Origin: Candidatus Kerfeldbacteria bacterium | GTDB lineage: Bacteria; Patescibacteriota; Patescibacteriia; SBBC01 | Direction: 5' to 3' | DNA length: 64,000 nt | Assembly (NCBI GenBank): GCA_016207275.1 | Contig: JACQPY010000009.1 | Coordinates: 27,637-91,636, forward strand | Shown here: piece by piece, positions 61,060 through 64,000 of the stretch | How positions within the stretch are numbered: position 1 is the first letter of the stretch | Layout: the number at the start of each line of letters is the position of its first letter | Position numbers and translations under genes: made by a program | The notes under the pieces: model-generated | The model's input: only the letters and a program-made list of their open reading frames with translations | Told to the model about the DNA's origin: nothing | The model's database searches: none

Positions 61060-64000
<2,941 letters not shown>

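Overview
A ~58% GC bacterial chromosome window (GC judged by eye). Gene content and order (rpoD-dnaG, secG next to an OppA-like gene, ychF-rpsF-ssb-rpsR-efp, EF-P loop MAQRKP, large FG-GAP surface protein, apparently leaderless genes) point to Patescibacteria/CPR; this is inference. The left end holds a complete diversity-generating retroelement: RT, an antisense Avd, TR 1536-1662 and VR 2035-2161 in a 199-aa target gene, with 17 of 18 TR/VR mismatches at template adenines. The rest is mostly housekeeping genes, but the gene junctions show a repeated pattern. Conserved genes have displaced, codon-diverged duplicates of their own termini: four ppsA C-termini, two dnaG N-termini, and two N- plus two C-termini of ychF. 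All three tRNA genes sit beside or inside decayed tRNA halves, including a complete tRNA-Leu nested in a stack of broken tRNA-Leu parts. The intervening DNA is small cassettes (BrnT/BrnA, a divergent NAPRTase), heptamer-repeat elements (one enclosing a four-helix-bundle gene) and several families of short palindromic elements that also insert in frame into ribE, uvrC and ychF. No integrase or transposase is visible in the window. All alignments were done by eye.
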